Assembly (NCBI GenBank): GCA_046330305.1
Contig: JAXLTA010000009.1
Span: 7,349-71,348 of the forward strand
DNA: 64,000 bases
From: Solirubrobacterales bacterium
GTDB lineage: Bacteria > Actinomycetota > Thermoleophilia > Solirubrobacterales > 70-9
Reading direction: 5' to 3'
Positions 51,868 to 64,000 of the stretch are shown piece by piece. Under the pieces are notes generated by a model. It saw nothing but the letters and a program-made list of their open reading frames with translations. It did no database searches and had not been told where the DNA came from. A program made the position numbers and the translations under genes. Numbering within the stretch: position 1 is the stretch's first letter; every line of letters begins with the position of its first letter.

Positions 51868-52845
51868 TTGGTGTCGATGACCGAGACGGCGCAGATCGAG
51901 ACTCGCCCGCCCGCCGAGACGCGGGTGCAGGCAGCCGCGCCCGCGCCGGCGATCGGCGAGATGTCGCGAGCTGAGAAGCTCGTCAACCTCGGCGCTGTGG
52001 TGGTGCCGTTCCTGGCGACGATCGCCGCGATCGTGCTGCTCTGGAACAGCCTCGTCTCGGTGACGGACCTGGCGATCGCGGCGGTGATGTACCTGCTGAC
52101 GGCGGTCGGGATCACCGTCGGCTTTCACCGTCTTCTCACCCACCGTTCCTTCCAGACCTCCAAGCCGCTCGAATACACCTTCGCGGTGCTCGGCTCGATG
52201 GCGGTGCAGGGCCCGGTCAACGCCTGGGTCGCCGACCACCGCAAGCACCACGCCCACACCGATGAAGAGGGCGACCCGCACAGCCCGCACGTCGGCGTCG
52301 ACGGCTCCGGGGTGCGCAACGTGTTCACCGGCCTCTGGCACGCCCATTCCGGTTGGCTGATGTCGACCCAGGGTCGCGCCGACTGGAAGCGCTACGCGAC
52401 CGACCTCTACGAAGACCGCGGTATGCGGTTCATCAGCCGTCACTTCCCCTGGCTGGTGCTGGCGACGCTGGCGCTGCCGGCGCTGGCGGGCTACCTGCTG
52501 ACCGGCACCGCGCTCGGCGCGCTGACCGGGCTGCTCTGGGGCGGCCTGGTGCGGATCTTCTTTGTCCATCACGTGACCTGGAGCGTCAACTCCGTGTGTC
52601 ACTTCCTCGGCAGCCGCCGCTTCGACACCGATGACCGATCGACCAACGTCTTCTGGTTGGCGATCCCGTCGTTGGGGGAGTCCTGGCACCACAACCACCA
52701 CGCCTTCCCCCGCTCGGCCGTACACGGACTGAAACGGTGGGAGCCCGATCCCTCGGGAATGATCATCGCCGCGATGGAGCGCGTCGGCCTGGCCCGCAAC
52801 GTGGTCCGGATCTCACCTGAGCGCCAGGCCGAACGTTCCGCTTAG
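51868..52845 (+). CDS. Membrane acyl-CoA/acyl-lipid fatty acid desaturase (DesA3-like delta-9 type)
   Basis: Histidine boxes are present: HRLLTHRSF, HRKHHAHTDEEGDPHSP and SWHHNHHAFP. The track start is TTG at 51868; GTG at 51871 or ATG at 51877 are alternatives. Confidence 0.92.
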   Translation: MVSMTETAQIETRPPAETRVQAAAPAPAIGEMSRAEKLVNLGAVVVPFLATIAAIVLLWNSLVSVTDLAIAAVMYLLTAVGITVGFHRLLTHRSFQTSKPLEYTFAVLGSMAVQGPVNAWVADHRKHHAHTDEEGDPHSPHVGVDGSGVRNVFTGLWHAHSGWLMSTQGRADWKRYATDLYEDRGMRFISRHFPWLVLATLALPALAGYLLTGTALGALTGLLWGGLVRIFFVHHVTWSVNSVCHFLGSRRFDTDDRSTNVFWLAIPSLGESWHHNHHAFPRSAVHGLKRWEPDPSGMIIAAMERVGLARNVVRISPERQAERSA

Positions 52846-52993
52846 AACGCGACGCCGTTCGGGACGTCGGTACCCGTGTGATGTCCCCAAGATGATCGTC
52901 GAGATCCACTTGACTAAACGATGAGTCACAGTGAGTGTTTGTCTGCAACACTGATCTGTAACACGATTGCCCAGTCTTCTGGATTGAAAGGAA

Positions 52994-53374
52994 ATGATGC
53001 CCAGCACGTCTAACGTTCTCGAGGAGGCGCGCGAGCTGCTCCACCGGCGGATCGCGGATCTCGACGAGGAGCGCCAACGCCTCGAGCGCGCACTCGCGGA
53101 GCTCGGCGGCAAAGTCGCCCGGCGCGCGCCCGGCCGCCCCCGGGGCAGCAGCGCGAAAGCATCGGGCGCCGCTCCGAAACGCCGCCGCAAACGGCGCGGC
53201 GGCACCCGCGCCGACCAGGCCGTCGACCTGATCGCGAAAAACCCGGGGATCAGCGCCTCCGACGTCGCCAAGACGATGAAAATCAAGCCGAACTACCTGT
53301 ATCGCGTGCTCGGCGACCTCGAGAAAGAGGGCCGGGTCAAAAAGGACGGCCGCCAGTACTACCCGGCGGGCTGA
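52994..53374 (+). CDS. Small DNA-binding protein: N-terminal coiled coil, Arg/Lys-rich linker and C-terminal winged-helix domain
   Basis: Contains LEEARELLHRRIADLDEERQRLERALAELG, then KRRRKRRGG, then AVDLIAKNPGISASDVAKTMKIKPNYLYRVLGDLEKEGRVKKDGRQYY. An AAAGGAA ribosome-binding site lies 5 nt upstream, and the region upstream is AT-rich. Confidence 0.6.
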   Translation: MMPSTSNVLEEARELLHRRIADLDEERQRLERALAELGGKVARRAPGRPRGSSAKASGAAPKRRRKRRGGTRADQAVDLIAKNPGISASDVAKTMKIKPNYLYRVLGDLEKEGRVKKDGRQYYPAG

Positions 53375-53418
53375 GCAGCCCTCTCGTCCAGCCCGGGCCG
53401 GAGCCGGGCCTACGGAGA

Positions 53419-53488
53419 ACGGGCCCCGGTGAGGGTCCTCCAGACACTCAGCCCGAAGGGCGTCTGGAGGACCCTCGCCGGGGCCCGT
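53419..53488. terminator. 27-bp-stem hairpin between convergent genes (putative bidirectional I-shaped terminator)
   Basis: ACGGGCCCCGGTGAGGGTCCTCCAGAC (53419..53445) pairs with 53462..53488 at 26 Watson-Crick positions plus one G-U. The loop is 16 nt and there is no U-tract. Confidence 0.45.
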
Positions 53489-53499
53489 CCCATGCGGCC

Positions 53500-57481
<3,982 letters not shown>

Positions 57482-57591
57482 GGCGGCGGCCGCCGGCCCG
57501 GCCCTGGCAATCGTTCGTTAAACGCCCGCCGGTTGGGTGTGCCCCGGGACCGCGAGGGTCCCGACAGCCCAACCGAGGAGGTTCGATTCCG

Positions 57592-57948
57592 ATGCAGTCG
57601 AAGATGACGCGCGCGCTGGCGATCGCCGTGGCGCTGGTCGCCGCGCTGGCCCTGGCGAGCGTCGCCAGCGCCGCCCGCCCCGACAAGCTCAGCTACGACC
57701 AGGCCCGGGCCTGGAGCAAGGCCGAAGTCGCCGCCTGGTGCGAAGAAGAGTCCGCCTGCGACAGCTGGAAGGTCGCCACCTGCCACCGCTTCTCCCGCAC
57801 CCGGGTCGACTGCGGCGGCGGCATCCTCTCCCACCGCCTCAACCGCTACTGCTTCGCGATCGTCGTCAACAAGATGATCGCCGAAACGAACCGCTTCGAT
57901 TCCTGGTTCCGAGCCGAACGCTGCGGTGACCTGCCGGCCGCCGAATAG
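57592..57948 (+). CDS. Small secreted Cys-rich hypothetical protein
   Basis: A GAGGAGG ribosome-binding site lies upstream. The signal peptide is MTRALAIAVALVAALALASVASA, and the mature part has 7 Cys. No family recognised. Confidence 0.5.
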   Translation: MQSKMTRALAIAVALVAALALASVASAARPDKLSYDQARAWSKAEVAAWCEEESACDSWKVATCHRFSRTRVDCGGGILSHRLNRYCFAIVVNKMIAETNRFDSWFRAERCGDLPAAE

Positions 57949-57995
57949 GCGGTCGGCGGCGGGGGTGCGAGCCGGCTGCGGGCACCGCGCTCCGG

Positions 57996-58919
57996 TCACG
58001 GTCCGAGCTCGCGGCGACGCATCTCGAGCAGGCGCCCGACCCGGCGCATCACCCGCTCGGGCTCGCGCGCGAGGCGCATCCCGGTGACGTGGATCATCTC
58101 GACGCCGGACAGCTTCAGCTCCTCCTGGCGGACCGGGTCCTGCTCGAAGGAGAGGCGGGAGCCGTGCGTCTCGTAGACCTCGAGTTCGACCGCGAAGCGC
58201 AGGTCGGGCCAGTAGACGTCGAGCTCGTAGCCGGCCTCGACGAAGTTGGTGGCCGGTCGCGGCAGGCCGTGGGCGAGGATCAGCTCGAAGAAGCGGCGCT
58301 CGAGGCCCGAGCGGGTGAACGGCGGCGGCTCGTAGATCGCGACGGCGAGCCGCAGGGGCTTGCGGCCGCGGTGGCCCCGGTTGCGGTCGAGGACGGATTC
58401 GAAGTCCGGCAGGTCGAAGAGCCCGAGCTCTTCGCTGCGCTGGAGCAGCCGGTTGAGGCTGCGCGACCGCACCCGCGCGGCGAGGTCGAGCGCGGTGCGG
58501 GCGACCGAGGTGACCGGGATCCCCTCGCACAGCGCCCGGTCCTCGGCCGCGAAGGTGCGGGAGCGATGGATTGCCAGCCCCAGGCGCCGGTGCCTGGGGA
58601 TCGGCGTCGTCACGTGGATCGGCACCGCGCTGGCCGGCATCAGCCCCCACAGCCAGGCCGCCGACCAGTGGCTCAGCAGCGCCCCCCTGCCGCATCCCAG
58701 AACCGCGCCCAAGCACCTCCCATGCAGCGAGAGATCCGTGTGGCCCACCGCGTAGACGCCGGTATGGAGCCGGTGCAGCTGCCCACGGGCCACCGCGCGT
58801 TCGACGAAGGAGTGCGAATAGCCGAGGGCCCCTCGAAGCTGCCGAATCGACACCACTCCATGCTGCCGACGCGCCAACTCCGCGAGTCGCTGCCCGCGTG
58901 GCAGAGCTTTTCCCTCCAT
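57996..58919 (-). CDS. AbiEi_4-like N-terminal domain plus DUF559 (Vsr/restriction-endonuclease-like) C-terminal domain protein
   Basis: The in-frame ATG is the complement of 58917..58919. The product contains LARRQHGVVSIRQLRGALGYS...LHRLHTGVYAVGH and ends DVYWPDLRFAVELEVYETHG. Confidence 0.8.
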   Translation of the reverse strand: MEGKALPRGQRLAELARRQHGVVSIRQLRGALGYSHSFVERAVARGQLHRLHTGVYAVGHTDLSLHGRCLGAVLGCGRGALLSHWSAAWLWGLMPASAVPIHVTTPIPRHRRLGLAIHRSRTFAAEDRALCEGIPVTSVARTALDLAARVRSRSLNRLLQRSEELGLFDLPDFESVLDRNRGHRGRKPLRLAVAIYEPPPFTRSGLERRFFELILAHGLPRPATNFVEAGYELDVYWPDLRFAVELEVYETHGSRLSFEQDPVRQEELKLSGVEMIHVTGMRLAREPERVMRRVGRLLEMRRRELGP

Positions 58920-58972
58920 ACAGTGAGAAATGACTGCCACGCGGGGGGTTCTCCCCCCCTTCGCGGTCGGGG

Positions 58973-60148
58973 TTAGCGCGTGGTGGCGTCTCGCAGGGCG
59001 CGGCCGACCTGCTCGACGGTGATGACGCCGCTGAGCCGGCCGTCGGCATCGACGGCCATGAGGGCGCCGAGGCGGCGCAGGTTCTGGTTGGAGAGGAGGG
59101 CGTCGAGCGGGGTGTCGTCGCGGACGAAGAGGCCACGGTCGGCGTCGACCAGGTCGGCGACGTTGGAGCTGGCCCGACTGACCTCGGGGACCTCGTCGGC
59201 GCGGTCGCGCTGGAGCAGGCCGAGGAAGCGGTGGGCGGCGTCGACGACCGGGAACCAGGGCCAGCGGTAGCGCAGGAAGTACTCGTCGAGGGCGCGCTCG
59301 ACGCTGATGTCGCCCGGGATCGTGACCGGCTCGCGATCCATCACGTCGGCGACGCGCACGTCGCCGATCCGCTTGGTCAGCGCCGACTGCACGGCCGCCC
59401 CGCGGGCGGCGCCGCCGACGATGACCCCGATCAGGCCCAGCCAGATGCCGCTGAAGAGGTCGCCGGCGGCGACCAGGGCGAGGCCGCCGGCGATGAAGAG
59501 GTAGCCGAAGTAGCGCCCCATCGTCGCCGCGATCCGGGTCGCCTTGTTGCGGTCCTTGGTCCGCCACCAGATCAGCGCCCGGGCGACGCGGCCGCCGTCC
59601 ATCGGGAAGGCGGGCAGCAGGTTGAAGACGAGGACGATGAGGTTGATCGTCGCCAGCCAGGAGAGCATCGCGACCAGGCCCGAGATCCCGGCTTCGGTCT
59701 TGAATTCGACCGCGAGCCGGAACACGTGGGCGAATTCGCCGAACCCGGCGACGATCCCGCCGACGACGTAGAGCACGGCGACGATCGCCAGCGTCACCGC
59801 CGGCCCGGCGATCGCGACCTCGAACTCCGCCTCGGGGCTGTCGGACTCGCGGTCCATGCGGGCGACGCCGCCGAAGATCCAGAGCTGGATCGAGGTGATC
59901 CCGATCCCGCGGCGCAGCGCGGCGAAGGCGTGGCCGAGCTCGTGCAGGAGGATCGAGCCGAAGAAGCCGAGGGCGCTCGCCACCGCCAGCAGGAAGGGCG
60001 TCGAGGCGCTGCTCGACTCCCCGAGCGCATCGCCGTAGGCGCTCGAGAGCGAGACGATCAGCAGGAAGAGGATCAGGAACCACGACCAATCGACCGCGAT
60101 CCGGATGCCGCGGACGTGGAAGAGCGTGATCGAGCCGCCACCCAACAT
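58973..60148 (-). CDS. Site-2 protease (peptidase M50) with a C-terminal CBS domain pair
   Basis: Contains LLHELGHAFAALRRG (HExxH) and NLLPAFPMDGGRV. The C-terminus has CBS-like segments (VADVMDREPVTI... and LMAVDADGRLSGVITVEQV). Confidence 0.88.
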   Translation of the reverse strand: MLGGGSITLFHVRGIRIAVDWSWFLILFLLIVSLSSAYGDALGESSSASTPFLLAVASALGFFGSILLHELGHAFAALRRGIGITSIQLWIFGGVARMDRESDSPEAEFEVAIAGPAVTLAIVAVLYVVGGIVAGFGEFAHVFRLAVEFKTEAGISGLVAMLSWLATINLIVLVFNLLPAFPMDGGRVARALIWWRTKDRNKATRIAATMGRYFGYLFIAGGLALVAAGDLFSGIWLGLIGVIVGGAARGAAVQSALTKRIGDVRVADVMDREPVTIPGDISVERALDEYFLRYRWPWFPVVDAAHRFLGLLQRDRADEVPEVSRASSNVADLVDADRGLFVRDDTPLDALLSNQNLRRLGALMAVDADGRLSGVITVEQVGRALRDATTR

Positions 60149-60198
60149 GCACAGATGGTAGGCGGGCGCCGCGTCGGGGCGCGCGGTCGTCCTCTAGG

Positions 60199-61386
60199 GT
60201 GCCTGGCCAGATGGCCAGTGAGCAGGGTTGGCTGCGCGAGCGCCTGGAAGAACTGGAGAAGATCGACCGCCCCTCCGCCTCCGAGGGCGAGCGGCACGCC
60301 GCCGAGTGGCTGGTGGCGCGCTTCGCCGAGCTCGGCGCCGAGGCGCGGATCGAGGCGGAGCCCGCCCACGGCACCTACTGGTGGCCGCTCGGACTCGGCG
60401 CCGGCCTCGGCGCGCTCGGGGCGCTGGCGACGCTGCGCGGGCGCCGCGCTCTCGGCGCCCTGCTCGGCGCCGTCGGCGCCGCCGGGATCGCCGACGACTT
60501 CCCGCCCGGCCAGCGGCGGCTGCGGCGCTTGCTGCCGCGCCGCACCACCTACAACGTCGTCTGCGAGCTCGGCGACCCCGCCGCCGAGCGCACCGTCGTG
60601 GTCATGGCCCATCACGACTCCGCCCACTCGGGCCTCGTCTTCCACCCGGGGATCCCGCCGCTCGCCGACCGCCTCGGCCTGATCGAGCGCGCCGACACCA
60701 GCCCGCCGCTGATGGCGCCGGTGGTCGGCGGGCCGCTGTTGGCGGCGCTCGGCGCGCTGAGCGGCCGGCGGCTGCCGGCCAGGCTCGGCCTGCTGCTCGG
60801 CCTCGGCTCGGTCGCGGCGATGGCCGAGATCGGCGCCCGCGGCGTCGTCCCGGGCGCCAACGACAACGGCACCGCGGTGGTCACGCTGCTGGCGCTGGCG
60901 CGCCGCTTCGCCGCCGCGCCGCCGCAGGGGGTCCGGGTGATCCTGCTCTCGACCGGCTCGGAGGAGTCGTTCAGCGAGGGGATGAAGGCCTTCGGCGAAC
61001 GCCACTTCGCCAGCCTCTCCCGCGAGAGCACCTTCTTCCTCTGCCTGGAGTCGATCGGCTCGCCGCATCTGCTGGTGCTGCGCGGCGAGGGCTTCCTGAA
61101 GATCCGCCAGTACCCGCGGCGCGCGCTGGCGCTGATGGACGGCCTCGCCGAGGAGCTGGGCATCTGGCTCTACCCCAACCTGCGCCTGCACAACGGCACC
61201 GACGGCCTCGAGGCGGCCGCCGCCGGCTACGAGACGGCGGTGCTCGCCGGCTGCACCGACCTCAAGCAGCCGGCCAACTACCACTGGTCCCACGACCTCG
61301 CCGAGAACGTCGACTTCGACACCCTCGCCGACGCCGTCAGCCTCTCCGAGGCCGCCGTCCGCCGCCTCGGGGAGCGCTGGCTCTGA
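60199..61386 (+). CDS. M28-family metallopeptidase
   Basis: Contains VVMAHHDSAHSG, GANDNGTAVVTLLALARRF and LSTGSEESFSEGM, which are M28 zinc-ligand regions. Confidence 0.8.
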   Translation: MPGQMASEQGWLRERLEELEKIDRPSASEGERHAAEWLVARFAELGAEARIEAEPAHGTYWWPLGLGAGLGALGALATLRGRRALGALLGAVGAAGIADDFPPGQRRLRRLLPRRTTYNVVCELGDPAAERTVVVMAHHDSAHSGLVFHPGIPPLADRLGLIERADTSPPLMAPVVGGPLLAALGALSGRRLPARLGLLLGLGSVAAMAEIGARGVVPGANDNGTAVVTLLALARRFAAAPPQGVRVILLSTGSEESFSEGMKAFGERHFASLSRESTFFLCLESIGSPHLLVLRGEGFLKIRQYPRRALALMDGLAEELGIWLYPNLRLHNGTDGLEAAAAGYETAVLAGCTDLKQPANYHWSHDLAENVDFDTLADAVSLSEAAVRRLGERWL

Positions 61387-61553
61387 CCAAGCCGGGAACC
61401 CCACGGCGAGCATCGGCTCCAACCGATCCGGGGCCGTGCAATCCGGGCCCCCGGCAAGCTGAGAGAGCCGCGAAGCCGAAATTCACGGAGCCGCAACATG
61501 TGTGACGAATTCCGACTACGCCCGCCGACGCATCGTCTATAGGATCAGCCCCC

Positions 61554-63242
61554 GTGCCAACCCATGACGTACTCGTAATTGGGGCCGGGCTCGCCGGCCA
61601 GCGGGCCGCACTGGCGGCCGCCGAGCAAGGCGTCTCGGTCGGGATCATCAGCAAGGTGCACCCGGTCCGCTCCCATTCCAACGCGGCGCAGGGCGGTATC
61701 AATGCGGCGCTCAACCCGGAGGACACCTGGGAGTCCCACGCCTTCGACACCGTCAAGGGCTCCGACTACCTCGGCGACCAGGACGCGATCGAAGTGATGA
61801 CGCGGGAGGCGCCGGAGGAAATCCTGCACCTCGAGCACCTCGGCGTCACCTTCCACCGCAACGAGGAGGGCAAGCTCGGGACCCGCGCCTTCGGCGGCGC
61901 CTCCGCCGCCCGCACCTACTACGTCGCCGACATCACCGGCCAGGCGATCATGCACGTCCTCTACGAGCAGCTGATGAAGTACTCCAACGACGTCGCCCGC
62001 TACGAGGAGTGGTTCTGCACCGCCCTGGCGCTCGACGAGGCCGGCGAGTGCTGCGGCGTCGTCACCCGCAACGTCGCCGACGGCTCGATGGAGCTGTTCC
62101 AGGCGAAGGCCGTGATCCTCGCCTGCGGCGGCAACGGACAGGTCTGGAAGCCGACCACCAACGCCCTGATCTGCACCGGCGACGGGATCGCGATGGCCTA
62201 CCGGGCCGGCGCCAAGCTGATGGACATGGAGATGATCCAGTACCACCCGACGACGCTGGCGGGCAAGGGATTCCTGATCACCGAGGGCGCCCGCGGCGAG
62301 GGCGCCCACCTGCTCAACAAGAACGGCGAACGCTTCATGGAGAAGTACGCGCCGAACAAGATGGAGCTGGCCTCGCGCGACGTCGTCTCGCGCGCCGAGC
62401 AGACCGAGATCAACGAGGGCCGCGGCTTCCCCGACGGCACCGTCGCGCTCGACATCACGGTGGTGCCGCGCAAGCGCGTCCACGAGGCCCTGCGCGAGAT
62501 CGTCCTCGTCGGCCGCGACTTCGCCGGCGTCGACATCACCCGCGAACCGATCCACATCAAGCCCGGCAACCACTACACGATGGGCGGCGTCAAGACCGAC
62601 GTCGACGGCCGCACCGACATCCCCGGGCTCTACGCCGCCGGCGAGACCGCCTGCGTCTCCGTCCACGGCGGCAACCGGCTCGGCGCCAACTCGCTGCTCG
62701 ACACGCTGATCTTCGGCAGGCGCTCCGGCGTCGACGCCGCGGCCCGCGCCAAGCGGATCGCGGGCTCGCGACCCTCCGCCAAGGTGCTCGAGGCCGAGGA
62801 GGCGCTGATCGCCGACATCAACTCACGCGAGAAGGGCTCCGGCCGCCGCGTCTCGGAGATCAAGCTCGAGCTCGGCCAGACGATGGACGCCAAGGTCGCC
62901 GTCTTCCGCGACGAGGCCGGCATCCAGGAAGCGCTGGAGACGGTGCGCCGGCTGAAGGAGGAGGCGAAGACCGCCTACATCGACGACCACGGCGCGATCT
63001 TCAACCAGGACCTGATCGCCGCGATCGAGCTCGGGTACATGCTCGACAACGCCGAGTGCACCTGCATCGCCGCCCTGGAGCGCAAGGAGAGCCGCGGCGC
63101 CCAGTACCGCACCGACTACCCGGAGCGCAACGACGAGGAGTGGCTCAAGCACATCGACCTCGAGCTGGGAGAGGACGGCCCCGAGCTTTCCTACTCTGAG
63201 GTGACGATCACCCAGTGGCAACCGGAAGCGAGGACCTACTGA
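61554..63242 (+). CDS. sdhA: Succinate dehydrogenase / fumarate reductase flavoprotein subunit
   Basis: Contains [31 protein letters not shown] (FAD-linked His), QYHPTT and [13 protein letters not shown]. The start is GTG. Confidence 0.93.
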   Translation: MPTHDVLVIGAGLAGQRAALAAAEQGVSVGIISKVHPVRSHSNAAQGGINAALNPEDTWESHAFDTVKGSDYLGDQDAIEVMTREAPEEILHLEHLGVTFHRNEEGKLGTRAFGGASAARTYYVADITGQAIMHVLYEQLMKYSNDVARYEEWFCTALALDEAGECCGVVTRNVADGSMELFQAKAVILACGGNGQVWKPTTNALICTGDGIAMAYRAGAKLMDMEMIQYHPTTLAGKGFLITEGARGEGAHLLNKNGERFMEKYAPNKMELASRDVVSRAEQTEINEGRGFPDGTVALDITVVPRKRVHEALREIVLVGRDFAGVDITREPIHIKPGNHYTMGGVKTDVDGRTDIPGLYAAGETACVSVHGGNRLGANSLLDTLIFGRRSGVDAAARAKRIAGSRPSAKVLEAEEALIADINSREKGSGRRVSEIKLELGQTMDAKVAVFRDEAGIQEALETVRRLKEEAKTAYIDDHGAIFNQDLIAAIELGYMLDNAECTCIAALERKESRGAQYRTDYPERNDEEWLKHIDLELGEDGPELSYSEVTITQWQPEARTY

Positions 63243-64000
63243 TGGCCGAGTACACGATCAAAGTCCGGCGGTTCCAGCCGGAGAGCGGCGAGGGTCCCTA
63301 CTGGGAGGAGTTCGACGTCGACCTCGAGCCCTCGCTCTCGGTCCTCGACGGCCTGCTCCAGGCCAAGGACCGCGACGACGGCTCGCTCGCCGTGCGCTGC
63401 TCCTGCCGGGCCGCGATCTGCGGCTCCTGCGGGATGAAGATCAACGGCCAGTCCGGGCTCGGCTGCAAGACGCAGATCGGCGAGGCGCAGGAGCAGGCCA
63501 ACAAGATGGCCGCCGCGACCGGCGCCACCGCCGCCGAGGCGAGCAGCCCGATCGGCCCCGAGGCCGACGAAAGCGGCATGGGGACCACCGCCCAGGGTCA
63601 GGAAGGCGGCTCCCGGACGCGGGAGCCCGGCCGCGAGATCTCCGGTGATGATGAGCGCGGCCGGGCGGGAGCGGAGGAAGCCGCGCCGATCGTGATCGAG
63701 CCGATGGGCAACATGCCGGTGGTCAAGGACCTGGTCACCGACATGGAGTCGACGCACTGGACGAAGATCCGCCGCGTCACCCCCTGGCTCCTCCCCCACG
63801 GCGAGCCGCCCGAGCGCGAGTACATCGTCGAGCCGGAATCGATGATCGACATCACCCAGTCGATGGCCTGCATCCAGTGCGGCGCCTGCGTCTCCTCCTG
63901 CCTCTCGATGGAAGCCGACCCGGACTTCATCGGCCCGGCGGCGCTGGCCAAGGCCTACCGCTTCGTCGGCGACCCGCGCGACGGCGAGACCGTCGAGCGC
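63242..64000 (+). CDS. sdhB: Succinate dehydrogenase / fumarate reductase iron-sulfur subunit (3' end beyond the window)
   Basis: Not in the track because it has no stop in the window. The ATG at 63242 overlaps the sdhA TGA by 1 nt. My translation gives [26 protein letters not shown]...CSCRAAICGSCGMKINGQSGLGC (2Fe-2S), then a long insert, then IVIEPMGNMPVVKDLVTDM and CIQCGACVSSC (4Fe-4S). Confidence 0.9.
   Translation, partial: MAEYTIKVRRFQPESGEGPYWEEFDVDLEPSLSVLDGLLQAKDRDDGSLAVRCSCRAAICGSCGMKINGQSGLGCKTQIGEAQEQANKMAAATGATAAEASSPIGPEADESGMGTTAQGQEGGSRTREPGREISGDDERGRAGAEEAAPIVIEPMGNMPVVKDLVTDMESTHWTKIRRVTPWLLPHGEPPEREYIVEPESMIDITQSMACIQCGACVSSCLSMEADPDFIGPAALAKAYRFVGDPRDGETVER

Overview
Very high-GC bacterial chromosome segment. 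Gene content and order (mfd; pth-ctc-prs-glmU-tRNA-Gln; metG-tatD-rsmA-ispE; rsmI; lon-hsp20; icd-mdh; sdhAB) are typical of Actinomycetota. The CSLREA/beta-helix surface proteins with Lys-rich Ig-like tails suggest a Thermoleophilia-like lineage (Conexibacter/Solirubrobacter type), but that is inference only. I call about 57 protein genes, mostly housekeeping, and one tRNA-Gln(UUG). I found no rRNA, CRISPR array, transposase, integrase or phage genes. Most long ORFs in the track are antisense or off-frame shadows of real genes, as expected at this GC, and I rejected them. The most unusual feature is a ~0.72-0.76 kb element with no convincing coding signal, built as a nested imperfect palindrome. 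It occurs twice in direct orientation (38626..39384 and 49884..50604), each time wedged between convergent gene ends. Each terminal arm folds into its own 21-23 bp stem, and differences between the arms are compensated within each arm. The centre carries two strong hairpins built on GTGGTTCCT/AGGAACCAC half-sites. Copy B has absorbed the 3' end of a PucR-family regulator ORF. Secondary observations are: a 271-bp, ~98% identical 3' block shared by two otherwise diverged tandem surface-protein genes; a small palindromic motif abutting the stop codons of two minus-strand genes; several very long perfect hairpins; a low-GC3 two-gene secreted/membrane cassette between metG and rsmI; a near-consensus promoter with an overlapping AT-rich palindrome giving a near-leaderless FAD-oxidase/hydrolase operon; a fusion of an R2-like ligand-binding-oxidase domain to SCP2; and an SdhB with a long low-complexity insertion. 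All coordinates and identities were worked out by eye, and no database search was possible.
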